Assembly (NCBI GenBank): GCA_965238075.1
Contig: OZ250173.1
Location: 2,496,001 to 2,560,000, forward strand
From: Candidatus Entotheonellaceae bacterium
Lineage (GTDB): Bacteria > Tectomicrobia > Entotheonellia > Entotheonellales > Entotheonellaceae
Length of the DNA: 64,000 nt
Reading direction: 5' to 3'
Positions 9,764-19,971 of the stretch are shown here, piece by piece. Numbering within the stretch: the stretch's first letter is position 1; each line of letters opens with the position of its first letter. Below the pieces are notes generated by a model. That model made no database searches, had not been told where the DNA came from, and saw only the letters and a list, made by a program, of their open reading frames with translations. A program made the position numbers and the translations under genes.

Positions 9764-10789
9764 CTACTTGGCGACCGGGCTGGTTACCGTGGCGGGCGTG
9801 TTACCACGCTGGAGATCAAGGAAGGGCAACAGGGAAGATTGCTGTTTAGCGTCAAACACGAACACCTGTCTGACCTCGGGCAGAACGTCCTGCATCGTTT
9901 CCAGATAGAGGCGGCGGCGAGTAACGTCCGGAGCTTTCCGGTATTCGGTGAGCACGGCGTTGAAGCGGGCCACGTCGCCCTTGGCGGAATTGACGCGCTG
10001 GATGGCATAACCCTCCGCCTTGGCGATGGTGCGGTCTGCTTCGCCCCGTTCGCGCGGCACCTCCTGGTTGTACTCCTGCCGCGCCTGATTGATCTTCCTC
10101 TCCTGCTCCTGCTGCGCCTCGTTTACCTCGTTGAAGGCGCGCTTGACGGCGTCGGAAGGGGGCGTAACGTTCTGCATCTTCACCGCCTCGACGTGCAGGC
10201 CGGTTTCGTAGAGGTCCAGCAGTTCCTGCATTTTCTCCTCCACCTCGCTGGCGATCTCTATGCGGCGCTCGGTCAGCACCTCGGTGACGGTGTGATCGCC
10301 GACCACCGTGCGCATGACGATTTGGGCCACGTCGCGCAAAGCCGGCACCGGGTCGCGGTTGGCGAACAGGAACTTCACCGGATCGGCGATGCGGTATTGG
10401 ACGATCCACTCAACATCGGCCACGTTGAGGTCGCCGGTGAGCATGATGGCCTCTTCAGGGTATGAGCGCGGGCTGAAACGCGTTCGCACCCCCGGCTCTT
10501 CCGTGCGGAAACCGAATTCCTCCTTGTGGATGCGCTCCACCTTTACCTTGCTGACGGTTTCCACGCCAAACGGTAATTTATAGCGCAGCCCCGGGTCTTC
10601 GAGGCGGACGTACCTGCCAAAGCGTTGAACGACCGCGACTTCGTCGGCCTCGATCGTGTAAAAAACCGTCAAGAGAATGCTCAGAGCGACCAATACCAGG
10701 ACGCCGATAATGACTAGTCCCTTTGGGGGACGGGGGATGTTGCCGTCAAACGACAGTTCACGATCCAGACCATCATTGTCTCCTTGCAT
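9764..10789 (-). CDS. hflK: FtsH modulator HflK
   Basis: MLTGDLN, VQYRIADP, AEGYA and APDVTRRRLYLETM motifs. Confidence 0.93.
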   Translation of the reverse strand: MQGDNDGLDRELSFDGNIPRPPKGLVIIGVLVLVALSILLTVFYTIEADEVAVVQRFGRYVRLEDPGLRYKLPFGVETVSKVKVERIHKEEFGFRTEEPGVRTRFSPRSYPEEAIMLTGDLNVADVEWIVQYRIADPVKFLFANRDPVPALRDVAQIVMRTVVGDHTVTEVLTERRIEIASEVEEKMQELLDLYETGLHVEAVKMQNVTPPSDAVKRAFNEVNEAQQEQERKINQARQEYNQEVPRERGEADRTIAKAEGYAIQRVNSAKGDVARFNAVLTEYRKAPDVTRRRLYLETMQDVLPEVRQVFVFDAKQQSSLLPFLDLQRGNTPATVTSPVAK

Positions 10790-11055
10790 CTCGATTTCTC
10801 CTTCCTGAGCCGATGCCGTGCGGGCTCTGGCGCTGCCATCGTCAGTTACCCCACCCGAATGGTAACGCGCCGCAAATTATCAGGGTTTCGATGCGGTAGA
10901 GTATACGGGAAAATGTTCAGGGCGGCACGGCGATCGCCCTCACGTTGCCCGGTCCGGCGTGTTGACGCTGTGCCGGGCATCAAGTACGATGCCGTCCCTG
11001 CATTCTTGTCGTTCTTCCCGACGACCTTTCAGCCTTGGCCCAGCAGGCTTTGAGC

Positions 11056-11652
11056 ATGCAAAACGAAGAAGTAGAGGTCAAGTTTGTCCTTGATGACTTG
11101 GCGGCCATGCGCCAGTGCGTTGTCGATATGGGCGCGGTCCTCAAAACTCCCCGCACGTACGAAAACAACATCACGTACGACACCGCTGAGGGTCGGTTGC
11201 GGCAGGGCGGCCGACTGCTGCGTCTGCGGCGTGACCGACGCAACGTGCTGACCTACAAGGAACCGTTGCCGCGCGAGGACGCCGATTTCAAGGTGCGGCA
11301 GGAGTTCGAGGTGGAGGTGAGCGACTTCGCGCAGGCGCAGTCCATCGTCGAAAGGCTCGGGTTCGAGGCGTCGATGCGCTACGAGAAGTACCGCGAGACG
11401 TTCACCTGTGAGGGCGCCGAGATCGTTCTGGACGAGTTGCCGGTGGGAAACTTCATGGAGATCGAGGCGACACGCGAGCAGATTCGCGCCATCACGGCCG
11501 CCTTGGGCCTCGACTTTGCCGACCGGCTGCGCGGCAGTTACGGCGACATCCTTGAAGCCGTTTGCGCCGCGTACGCCCTGCCGTTGAGCGACATGACGTT
11601 CGACAACTTCCGCCATCTGACCATCGATCTGCACGCCTGCCGCCTGACGTAA
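11056..11652 (+). CDS. CYTH-domain protein (class IV adenylate cyclase-like)
   Basis: EVEVKF (ExExK), LRLR, TYK, YEKYRE and FMEIE motifs. Confidence 0.88.
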   Translation: MQNEEVEVKFVLDDLAAMRQCVVDMGAVLKTPRTYENNITYDTAEGRLRQGGRLLRLRRDRRNVLTYKEPLPREDADFKVRQEFEVEVSDFAQAQSIVERLGFEASMRYEKYRETFTCEGAEIVLDELPVGNFMEIEATREQIRAITAALGLDFADRLRGSYGDILEAVCAAYALPLSDMTFDNFRHLTIDLHACRLT

Positions 11653-11675
11653 CACCACCGCCTTTCGGAGTCCCC

Positions 11676-12467
11676 ATGAAACCCCGCGTGTTGGTTCTGT
11701 CCGGTTGCGGCATCAATTGCGAGCGCGAGACGGCGCATGCCTTCAGCCTGCCGACGGTCGGCGGCGAGGCAGTCTGCGTACATCTGAACGACCTCATCGC
11801 GCAACCCGACCGACTCGACGGCTTCCACATCATGGTCATTCCCGGCGGCTTTGCCTTTGGCGACGACATCTCTGCCGGCATCGTCCTCGCCACGCGGCTG
11901 CGCTACCGGCTGGAGCGGCCCTTGAGCAGGTTTTTGGGGGATGGTAAGCTGCTGCTCGGCATCTGCAACGGGTTTCAAGTCCTTGTCCGCCTTGGTGTTC
12001 TGCCTGCTGCAAAGGGCCAGAAATGGGACCAGGAAGCCACCCTGACCACCAACGATTCGGGAAAATTCGAGGACCGTTGGGTGTACCTGCAAATCGATCC
12101 CGCTTGCCCCTCTCCCTTTGTGCAAGGCATCGACCGCCTCTACCTGCCGGTACGCCATGGCGAGGGCAAGTTTCTGACGCGGGATGACGACGTTTTGTGC
12201 GCCTTGCGGACGAATCACCAGATCGCCGCCCGCTACATCGGACCAGACGGCGACGCGGCACCCTATCCCTGGAATCCCAACGGCTCGGTCGACGACGTGG
12301 CCGCGGTATGCGATCCGAGCGGTCGGGTGTTCGGCCTCATGCCGCATCCGGAAGCCTATACGCACCGGACCCACCATCCCCGCTGGACGCGCGAATCGCT
12401 GCCGGAAGAGGGGCAGGGGGTGGCGATCTTCCGCAACGCCGTCGCCTTTGCCCGTACCCACCTGTGA
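11676..12467 (+). CDS. purQ: Phosphoribosylformylglycinamidine synthase glutaminase subunit
   Basis: GINCERE, PGGFAFGD, GICNGFQ, HGEG and GLMPHPE motifs. GGAG RBS before ATG 11676. Confidence 0.93.
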   Translation: MKPRVLVLSGCGINCERETAHAFSLPTVGGEAVCVHLNDLIAQPDRLDGFHIMVIPGGFAFGDDISAGIVLATRLRYRLERPLSRFLGDGKLLLGICNGFQVLVRLGVLPAAKGQKWDQEATLTTNDSGKFEDRWVYLQIDPACPSPFVQGIDRLYLPVRHGEGKFLTRDDDVLCALRTNHQIAARYIGPDGDAAPYPWNPNGSVDDVAAVCDPSGRVFGLMPHPEAYTHRTHHPRWTRESLPEEGQGVAIFRNAVAFARTHL

Positions 12468-12511
12468 CGCTCCGCAACCCTCTGGTCGTAAATGACGATC
12501 TGCAATAAAGG

Positions 12512-13972
12512 ATGAAGTCTGTGACACGCCCCACCTCTGATTACCAGGATTACGTGAATCCCTTGGTAGACCGCTATGCCAGCCAGGACATGAGCCACCT
12601 CTTCTCGCCGCAATACAAGTTTCAGACCTGGCGCCGCCTGTGGGTGGCGCTCGCCGAGGCCGAGGCGGAGGTGGGACTGAACATCAGCCAGGCGCAGATC
12701 GAGGAGTTGCGGGCGCACGTCGAGGACATCAACTTCGAGGTGGCCGAGGCTCAGGAAAAAATTCTGCGGCACGACGTCATGGCGCACATCCATGCCTACG
12801 GCGCCCAGTGTCCGCAGGCGCGCGGCATCATCCACCTGGGCGCCACCAGCGCCTTCGTGGGCGACAACACCGATCTCATCCAGATGCGCGCCGCGCTGGA
12901 ACTGATCCGTACCCGCCTGGTCAACGTCATGGACGCCCTGGCGCAGTTTGCCGCCGCGCACCGGGACGTGGTGACGCTGGGGTACACGCATTTCCAGCCC
13001 GCCCAGTTGACCACCGTGGGCCGCCGCGCCGTGTTGTGGCTGCAGGACTTGACGTTCGACCTTGAGGACCTGGAGCACGTGCTGGCGACGCTGCACTTTC
13101 GAGGCGCCAAGGGCGCGACGGGTACGCAGGCCAGTTTCATGCGTCTGTGCAACGATGATGCCGACAAGGTGAAGGCTATCGACCAGCGCGTGGCGGAGAA
13201 AATGGGTTTCGAGCGTACCCTGCCGGTGACCGGCCAGACGTACCCGCGCAAATACGACAGCCGGGTGCTGGGCGTGCTGGCGGCGGTGGCGCAATCGGCG
13301 CACAAGTTCAGCAACGATGTGCGGTTGTCTCAGAGCCTCAGCGAGATGGAAGAACCCTTCGGCAGCTCGCAGGTCGGCTCATCGACCATGGCGTACAAGC
13401 GCAACCCGACGCGCAGCGAGCGCATCGCGGCGCTGTCGCGGCACGTGATCTGCAACAGCCTCAACCCGGCGCTCACCGCGGCCGGGCAGTGGTTCGAGCG
13501 CACCATTGACGATTCCGCCAACAAGCGCCTGAGTATTCCGGAAGCCTTCCTGGCGACGGACGCCATCCTGGTGCTGTACCAGGAAATCGCCGCCGGTCTC
13601 ACGGTCTATCCGGCCGTGATGGCCCGCCGGGTGGCCGATCACCTGCCCTTTCTAGTGACGGAAAATATCATGATGGAGGGCGTCGTTAAGGCCGCCGGCG
13701 ACCGCCAGATGCTGCACGAAAAGATTCGCCAGCACGCGATGGAAACGTGGCATCACATGCGCGTCGACGGCGGCCAGAACGACCTGCTCGGACGCCTGCG
13801 CGACGACCCGGCCTTCGAGGCGGTGCGGGCGCAGATACCCGACGCCCCGACGCCCCATGCCTACACGGGCCGGGCGATGCAGCAGGTCGATGAGTTTCTT
13901 GAAACGGTGTATCAACCCATCCGTGAGCGGCATGGCGCCCTGCTTGGCGCCGTTGTTGAAACGCACGTGTAA
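12512..13972 (+). CDS. purB: Adenylosuccinate lyase
   Basis: RHDVMAH, IHLGATS, THFQPAQ and the GSSTMAYKRNP signature. Confidence 0.95.
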   Translation: MKSVTRPTSDYQDYVNPLVDRYASQDMSHLFSPQYKFQTWRRLWVALAEAEAEVGLNISQAQIEELRAHVEDINFEVAEAQEKILRHDVMAHIHAYGAQCPQARGIIHLGATSAFVGDNTDLIQMRAALELIRTRLVNVMDALAQFAAAHRDVVTLGYTHFQPAQLTTVGRRAVLWLQDLTFDLEDLEHVLATLHFRGAKGATGTQASFMRLCNDDADKVKAIDQRVAEKMGFERTLPVTGQTYPRKYDSRVLGVLAAVAQSAHKFSNDVRLSQSLSEMEEPFGSSQVGSSTMAYKRNPTRSERIAALSRHVICNSLNPALTAAGQWFERTIDDSANKRLSIPEAFLATDAILVLYQEIAAGLTVYPAVMARRVADHLPFLVTENIMMEGVVKAAGDRQMLHEKIRQHAMETWHHMRVDGGQNDLLGRLRDDPAFEAVRAQIPDAPTPHAYTGRAMQQVDEFLETVYQPIRERHGALLGAVVETHV

Positions 13973-14006
13973 ACCCAGACCGGCGCTATCCGGGAGTGGC
14001 AACGAC

Positions 14007-15278
14007 ATGCTGGACATCCGATTCATCCGTGAGCAGCCCGACATCGTTCAAGCCGGTGCGCGCAAGAAGCGCATCGACCTTGACATCCAGCAATTGCTTA
14101 AGGTGGACGAGCAGCGGCGGCGCCTGCTGGGCCGGGTCGAGCACCTGAAGGCGCAGCGCAACAAGATGTCCAGGGAGATCGCCACGCTGCAAGAGGAGGC
14201 CAAGCAGGCGGCGATCGCCACGATGAAGGAGGTGGCAGCGGAGAGCAAGGGCCTGGAGGGGGCGCTGCGGGACGCGGAGGCGGCTTACGAGGCGTTGATG
14301 CTGCGGGTTCCGAACGTGCCCGCGGACGACGTGCCCGAGGGAGAAACAGACGCCGACAACGTCGTTATCAAGACCTGGGGCGAGCCGCCGAACTTCGACT
14401 TTACGCCGTTCGATCACGTCGAGCTTGGCGAGCGGCTGGATATCATCGACATTCCCAGGGCCGTCAAGCTGGCCGGCGCCCGCACTTATTTCCTGAAGAA
14501 TGCCGGCGCGCTCCTCGAACAGGCAGTTCTGCAGTTCGCGCTGTACCACATGGTGCGCAAGGGTTTCGCGCCCTTCCTGGTGCCGCACCTGGTGAAGGAC
14601 GAGCCGATGGTGGGCACGGCGTATTTTCCCGTCGGCCAGGAGCAGACGTACCGCCTGCCGGAGGACAACGTGAATCTCATTGGCACCGCCGAGGTTCCGC
14701 TTACCGCATACCGCGCCAACGAAATTCTCGCGGAGAGCGACCTGCCGAACTACTCGGTGGGGCTTTCGAGCTGCTACCGCCGCGAGGCCGGGACTTACGG
14801 CAAGGACACGCGCGGGCTGTTTCGCATTCATCAGTTCCAAAAGGTGGAGCAGGTGGTGCTGTGCGCCAATGACTCAGTGGTTTCAGCGCGGGAGCACGAG
14901 TACATTCTGGGCAACGCCGAGGAAATTCTGCAGGCGCTGGGCCTGCCGTACCGGGTCGTGCTGGTGTGCGGCGGCGACCTGGGCGTGCCGCAGGTGAAGA
15001 AATACGACATCGAAACCTGGATGCCGGGGCGACAGGCTTACAGCGAAACGCATTCGGCGTCGAAGTTTCACGACTTCCAGGCGCGCCGCCTGAACCTGCG
15101 CTACCGCACCAAGGAAGGCGCGCTGCGCTTCGTCCACACCCTGAACAACACGGTGGTCGCCTCGCCACGCATCCTCATCCCGCTGCTGGAGGTGCATCAG
15201 CGGGCCGATGGCAGTGTGGCGATTCCAGAGGTCTTGCAGCCGTTTATGGGGGGGATGGAAGTCATCGAGAAGCGTTAA
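14007..15278 (+). CDS. serS: Seryl-tRNA synthetase
   Basis: MLDIRFIRE start, GTAEVPL, YRREAG...RGLFRIHQFQKVEQ, DFQARR and HTLN motifs. Confidence 0.97.
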   Translation: MLDIRFIREQPDIVQAGARKKRIDLDIQQLLKVDEQRRRLLGRVEHLKAQRNKMSREIATLQEEAKQAAIATMKEVAAESKGLEGALRDAEAAYEALMLRVPNVPADDVPEGETDADNVVIKTWGEPPNFDFTPFDHVELGERLDIIDIPRAVKLAGARTYFLKNAGALLEQAVLQFALYHMVRKGFAPFLVPHLVKDEPMVGTAYFPVGQEQTYRLPEDNVNLIGTAEVPLTAYRANEILAESDLPNYSVGLSSCYRREAGTYGKDTRGLFRIHQFQKVEQVVLCANDSVVSAREHEYILGNAEEILQALGLPYRVVLVCGGDLGVPQVKKYDIETWMPGRQAYSETHSASKFHDFQARRLNLRYRTKEGALRFVHTLNNTVVASPRILIPLLEVHQRADGSVAIPEVLQPFMGGMEVIEKR

Positions 15279-15298
15279 CGGATGATTGAAACGCCCGC

Positions 15299-16102
15299 CT
15301 AGAAACCGCCGCCGTCCGGCAGGAGGGGATTCGGCACGGGGGTGCTGGTGTACAGCACGACGACCTGCCCTTGAATCTCGTCCTGGTGCGCTTCCAGCGC
15401 CACCCGGTACCTGTCTCCCGATTTATTCCAGAACGCCTTGCCGCCACGGCGCATGAGGAACAGGAACCGCTCCTGCGCCTCGGGTGGGACGTCCAACTGC
15501 TGCATCAAGTCGTTGAGTTGCTCGGACGCCAGTGCGAATTGCTCGCTTTGCGGGTAAAGCGCCGCGACGCGTTCCAGCGACTGACCGCGTGGATGGAAGA
15601 GGGCGATCAACGTCTGCCCTTGGCCGGCCTGCTTGTCGACCTGGTAATAACGCAGCACGCGGCGTTTGGCACCGGGTGTGAGGGGCTGGAAAAGCAGCGC
15701 CTCGTAGGTGGCACCGGCTTGTTCGAACTGTACGTCGTCATAAGGCGGGTCGAAAAAGAGGTCGAAAACCTCGGCGTCGAAGGCCAATTCGATCCAGTAC
15801 GAACCGGGGGGCAGGGTCAGGCGCAGGGGGGTCTTGCCGCGATAGGCATCCCGATTGCTGTTGTGCGACGGGACTTCCTCAGGATCGTAAGGCTGCACGT
15901 AGACGTCCGCGGCTTCGGGAATCGAGGTCACCCATATCTCGTCCGCCGCCGCCTGCACGGGCATGCCGGTAGGCATCGGCTCGTTGAAGTCGTAGGACTG
16001 ATACAGGGCCTCGCAGCCACCCAACAACACGGCAACCACGGCAACAAGGCATACCGGCCAGCACGTTTTGAAGCGACTGAGGGTATTCATGCCCGCCTTC
16101 AT
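15299..16102 (-). CDS. Hypothetical lipoprotein with PEGA-like segment
   Basis: Lipobox LLGGC. VTSIPEAADVYV...GKTPL..L.PGSY resembles PEGA. Confidence 0.65.
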   Translation of the reverse strand: MKAGMNTLSRFKTCWPVCLVAVVAVLLGGCEALYQSYDFNEPMPTGMPVQAAADEIWVTSIPEAADVYVQPYDPEEVPSHNSNRDAYRGKTPLRLTLPPGSYWIELAFDAEVFDLFFDPPYDDVQFEQAGATYEALLFQPLTPGAKRRVLRYYQVDKQAGQGQTLIALFHPRGQSLERVAALYPQSEQFALASEQLNDLMQQLDVPPEAQERFLFLMRRGGKAFWNKSGDRYRVALEAHQDEIQGQVVVLYTSTPVPNPLLPDGGGF

Positions 16103-16133
16103 GATTTTACCTGGAGCGTTTTCGGATCATAAA

Positions 16134-16224
16134 CTCTCCCCGTGAAGGGGGAGGGAACCAGAGGACTAATCCTCTCCCACGAAGAGGGTTTCACTCCCTC
16201 TCTCCTGGAGGGAGGGGGGTGAGG
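16134..16224. repeat. Cluster of degenerate CCCTCTCCC/GGGAGAGGG REP-like hairpins
   Basis: Three imperfect hairpins in an intergenic gap: CTCTCCCC-GTGAA-GGGGGAG, CCTCTCCCACGAAGAGG and CCCTCTCTCCTGGAGGGAGGG. Confidence 0.5.
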
Positions 16225-16273
16225 TGAGACACGACCCGGTTCCTTCACGATTCAATCCGATACGGAAAATGCT

Positions 16274-17257
16274 CTACGTTTTCTGTTCGTACACCTCGGG
16301 ATTGACCACGTGCTGCGGCCGCTCGCCTTGCAGCACGGCGAGCGCGCTTTGCGCCGCCATCACCGCCATGCGTGTACGGCTGGCAACCGAGGCGCTGCCG
16401 ATGTGCGGCAGCAGAACGACGTTCTCCAAGTCCTTCAACGCCTGTGGTACCTCGGGCTCCTGCTCGAAGACGTCGAGCCCCGCGCCGGCGATCCACTGTT
16501 CCCGCAACGCACGGACCACCGCCGCTTCGTCAACGACCGGCCCCCGCGACGTGTTGATGAGGTAGGCCGTCGGCTGCATCATGCGCAGTTCCTTTTCACC
16601 GATGAGATGTCGGGTCTCGGCGGTGAGCGGCGTGTGCACGCTGACAAAATCGGCCTTTTGCAGAAGCGTTTCCAACTCCACCCAGGTGGCGCCGAGTTCG
16701 GATTCCAGGGCTTCCGGCAGGCGCTGCCGGTTGTGGTAGAGGATCGTCATGCCGAAGCCGCGGGCGCGCCGCGCCACCGCTTGCCCAATGCGCCCCATGC
16801 CCACAATGCCAAGGGTGCGGCCATGCACGTCGTTGCCCAGCAGGAGCAGCAGGCGCCACTCCTTCCATTTGCCGGCGCGGATATAGCGGTCCGCCTCGGG
16901 AATGCGCCGCGCGATGCTGAACAGCAGACCCCACGTCAGGTCAGCGGTGGATTCGGTGACGACGCCCGGTGTGTTGGTGATCACCACGCCCCGCCGGGTC
17001 GCCGCCGGCACGTCCACGTTGTCGTAACCCGCCGCCACGTTTGCCACTACCTTCAGGTCGGCGCCCGCTTTCAGGAGCGCCGCATCGATGGTGTCGGTGA
17101 CCACGCAAATCACCCCGTCCATACCGGTGACGGCTTGGCGCAGGGTTGCCGCATCGAGGGGCCGGTCCAGGGGGGTGAAGTGAACGTCGCAGGCCTGTCG
17201 GGCAATCGCGACGGCTTCCTCGGGCAGCTTGTGGGTGATGAGTACGCGGGGTGTCAT
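16274..17257 (-). CDS. D-2-hydroxyacid dehydrogenase (glyoxylate reductase/D-glycerate dehydrogenase family)
   Basis: GYDNVD, TNTPGV, GMGRIG, INTSRG, GLDVFEQEP and LPHIGSA motifs. Start MTPRVLITH. Confidence 0.9.
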   Translation of the reverse strand: MTPRVLITHKLPEEAVAIARQACDVHFTPLDRPLDAATLRQAVTGMDGVICVVTDTIDAALLKAGADLKVVANVAAGYDNVDVPAATRRGVVITNTPGVVTESTADLTWGLLFSIARRIPEADRYIRAGKWKEWRLLLLLGNDVHGRTLGIVGMGRIGQAVARRARGFGMTILYHNRQRLPEALESELGATWVELETLLQKADFVSVHTPLTAETRHLIGEKELRMMQPTAYLINTSRGPVVDEAAVVRALREQWIAGAGLDVFEQEPEVPQALKDLENVVLLPHIGSASVASRTRMAVMAAQSALAVLQGERPQHVVNPEVYEQKT

Positions 17258-17261
17258 GCGC

Positions 17262-18863
17262 CTACGCCTCGGCGGCGGCTTTCTGTTGCTCCGCTTCGAC
17301 CAGAACGCGGCGCAACACCTTGCCCGAGGAGGTCTTGGGAATGCTGGCGACGAACTCGACCTCGCGCACCTTCTTGTATCCGGCAATGCGACTGGCCACG
17401 AAGTCCATTAACACGTCCGCCGCGACCTCCTCGCCCGGGCGCAGGATGACCAGGGCCTTGGGAATTTCCCCCGCCTCGGCGTCTGGTTTGCCAAACACGG
17501 CGCAATCAGCGACCGCGGGATGCTGGAACAGCGCCGCCTCAACTTCCGCCGGGGCAACGGAGAAGCCCTTGTATTTGATCATCTCTTTCTTGCGGTCAAC
17601 GATGTAGACGTATCCCTGATCGTCGATGCGCGCCACGTCGCCGGTCGCCAGCCAGCCGTCGCGCAGCACGCGGCTCGTCTCTTCGGGAGACTTCCAGTAG
17701 CCCTTCATGACGTGGGGGCCCTTGATGAGCAGTTCACCCACGCCGCCGGTGCTCAGTTCCTGCTCGCCGGTGGTGAGATCGACGATCTTCTGCTCCTGAT
17801 TCGGAACCGCCAGGCCGACCGAATCGAGCTTCACGCAGCCCTGATCGACGGGGTTCAGATGCGTCACCGGAGAGGCCTCCGTCAGGCCGTATCCCTGCAG
17901 GACGCACACGCCGGTTTTGTCCTGCACGCGCTGGCCCACATCAGGCGCCAGGGGCGCGGCTCCGACCATGATGTACCGCATGTGCGAGAGGTCGAACTGT
18001 TCGACGTTCGGGTAGTTGTCCAGGGCCACCACAATGGGCGGCACGGCGTAATACAGGGTGACTTTGTACTGCTGCGCCAGGGCCAGCGAGAGCTCCAGAT
18101 CGAACGCCTCCATGATGACCAAGGTCGCGCCGGCGTAGATGCCGCCGCCTACCAGCATCATGCCGTAGATGTGATAAAAGGGCAGGAAGATGAGCAGGGT
18201 GTCGCGCTCCGCCATGCGCCCGCTGGAGATGAACTGGACGTTGTTGGCCACCAGATTCTGATGGCTCAGCATGACGCCCTTGGGCAGGCCGGTGGTGCCG
18301 CTGGAGTAGGGCAGAGCGACCAGGTCCTCGGCCCAGTTCAGCGCCACTTGCGGCGGGTGCTTCGGGGACGAGCGCCGGATGAGGTCGCGAAAGAGGTGTG
18401 TATTCGGCTCGGCATTCCGTCCGACAATGATCACTTCCTTGAGGCTCGGCACCTTTGCGCGCACCGATTTGACCAGCGGATAGAGCGACTCCTGCACGAC
18501 CAGTACGCTGGTTTCGGCGTCGTTGAGCTGGTGTTGGATCTCGTCTTTCTTGTAGGCGGGATTCATCGGTGTGGCCACGGCGCCCAAGCGAGCGGCGGCG
18601 TAGAAACTGATGATGTATTCCGGGCGATTGGTCATGTAGAGGGCAACGCGGTCGCCCTTTTTAACGCCGAGGCCGCTGAAGGCGTTGGCAATGTTGTTGG
18701 TCAGTCCGTCGAGCTCTCGGTACGAGATTTTCTGTCCCTGAAAGATGACTGCCTCTTTTTCCGGAAAACGCTGAGCCGTCTCCCACAGCATTTCGCCAAA
18801 GGGAATTTCCGGAATGTCGATGTCCGCTCGAAAGAAATCCCCAAGCGTGCTGTCTGGGGTCAT
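17262..18863 (-). CDS. Acyl/aryl-CoA ligase (4-coumarate-CoA ligase-like ANL enzyme)
   Basis: YSSGTTGLPKG, QGYGLTE, TGD, DRKKEMIKYKG and PKTSSGK motifs. Confidence 0.9.
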   Translation of the reverse strand: MTPDSTLGDFFRADIDIPEIPFGEMLWETAQRFPEKEAVIFQGQKISYRELDGLTNNIANAFSGLGVKKGDRVALYMTNRPEYIISFYAAARLGAVATPMNPAYKKDEIQHQLNDAETSVLVVQESLYPLVKSVRAKVPSLKEVIIVGRNAEPNTHLFRDLIRRSSPKHPPQVALNWAEDLVALPYSSGTTGLPKGVMLSHQNLVANNVQFISSGRMAERDTLLIFLPFYHIYGMMLVGGGIYAGATLVIMEAFDLELSLALAQQYKVTLYYAVPPIVVALDNYPNVEQFDLSHMRYIMVGAAPLAPDVGQRVQDKTGVCVLQGYGLTEASPVTHLNPVDQGCVKLDSVGLAVPNQEQKIVDLTTGEQELSTGGVGELLIKGPHVMKGYWKSPEETSRVLRDGWLATGDVARIDDQGYVYIVDRKKEMIKYKGFSVAPAEVEAALFQHPAVADCAVFGKPDAEAGEIPKALVILRPGEEVAADVLMDFVASRIAGYKKVREVEFVASIPKTSSGKVLRRVLVEAEQQKAAAEA

Positions 18864-18908
18864 GCACCATCTCCTCGGTCGTTGTGTTGTGTGTGGGATG
18901 TCCAATTA

Positions 18909-19964
18909 TCAGTAACTTGGAAGGTTTTGGTTGGCGGGCGCATCATACTTAGCCTGTCGCTGGGCTGTCAAGGACGAATGCGGGCCTGTGAGCGCCACGA
19001 TCCGGGCGGCGAGCTTGTGCGCGTCGTGGCGAATCAGGTGCATGCCGACGTGCATCCCGGAAGCTTGTGGACGGGTGTAGGCGCGCAGGGTCTCGGGGTC
19101 CGGATGCTCGGCCAGATCGGCGGCGATGAGGCAGGTATCGGCTGGCGTCAGGTCGTTGACGACGGGTTGGGCGCCTTGGGGTTCGTAGAGGCGCAGCAGA
19201 TCCGGCGGCAGCGGGGCGTTGTTGACGAGCACCGCGTCCACCGGGCGGCCCAGGTAGGGTTGCAGCGTCGTGAGGTACTGCCGGGCGGTGTATCCGTCGG
19301 TCTGGCCCGGCTGCGTCATCAGGTTGAGCACCTGGACAATGGGCGCCCGGCTGCGCCTCAGGGCCTGTTTGACGCCGGGGTGCAGAAGCACGGCGATGAT
19401 GCCGGTGAGCAAGGAGCCGGCGCAGATGACCAGCAGATTGGCGGCGGCGATGGCTTCCGTGACGGCGGGATGCGCGGGGGTCGGAGGTTGCAGGAACAAC
19501 CGTTTGATGAGCGCCATGGAGCGGCGCTGCATGATTTGCCATTCGCCGATGAGGCGGCGGCCATCGGTGAGCTCGGCGCCGATCTGCGTATCGCCGTCGG
19601 ATACCGGCAACACGCGCTGGGCAAAGCCGGCGGCCTCGCGGATTTCGGCTGCCGCCGTGTTCAGGCTGCCGTGCTCGCTGGCCAGCGCCGCCAGGATGAC
19701 GTTGCCGACGCTGACGCCGTCCAAGTCGCCGGCTGTGAAGCGGTGTTGCAACAGCCGGCCCCACAGCGAGTTGTTGTCGGCCAGGGCGTTCAGGCACTGG
19801 CGTGCATCGCCCACTTGCGGGATGTGAAGCAGGCAGCGGAGGTGGCCGCTGTGGCCGCCGTTGTCGGTAACCCCGACGATGGCCGTGACCTCGCATGGAT
19901 GCTCTCGCAGCCCCCGCAGGAGGGTCGCCTGTCCGGTGCCGCTGCCCAAGGTGACGATGTGCAT
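18909..19964 (-). CDS. YvcK/GlmR (CofD-related) UDP-sugar-binding protein
   Basis: GSGTG, VTDNGGHSG, GSLLTGI, NLMTQPGQTDG and IRHD motifs. Confidence 0.85.
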   Translation of the reverse strand: MHIVTLGSGTGQATLLRGLREHPCEVTAIVGVTDNGGHSGHLRCLLHIPQVGDARQCLNALADNNSLWGRLLQHRFTAGDLDGVSVGNVILAALASEHGSLNTAAAEIREAAGFAQRVLPVSDGDTQIGAELTDGRRLIGEWQIMQRRSMALIKRLFLQPPTPAHPAVTEAIAAANLLVICAGSLLTGIIAVLLHPGVKQALRRSRAPIVQVLNLMTQPGQTDGYTARQYLTTLQPYLGRPVDAVLVNNAPLPPDLLRLYEPQGAQPVVNDLTPADTCLIAADLAEHPDPETLRAYTRPQASGMHVGMHLIRHDAHKLAARIVALTGPHSSLTAQRQAKYDAPANQNLPSY

Positions 19965-19971
19965 GAGAGGC

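Noticed and set aside
12512-13972. Eukaryote-like N-terminus of PurB as a sign of host gene transfer
   Set aside because: This PurB subtype is known in many bacteria, and the gene sits in an ordinary purQ-purB-serS context.
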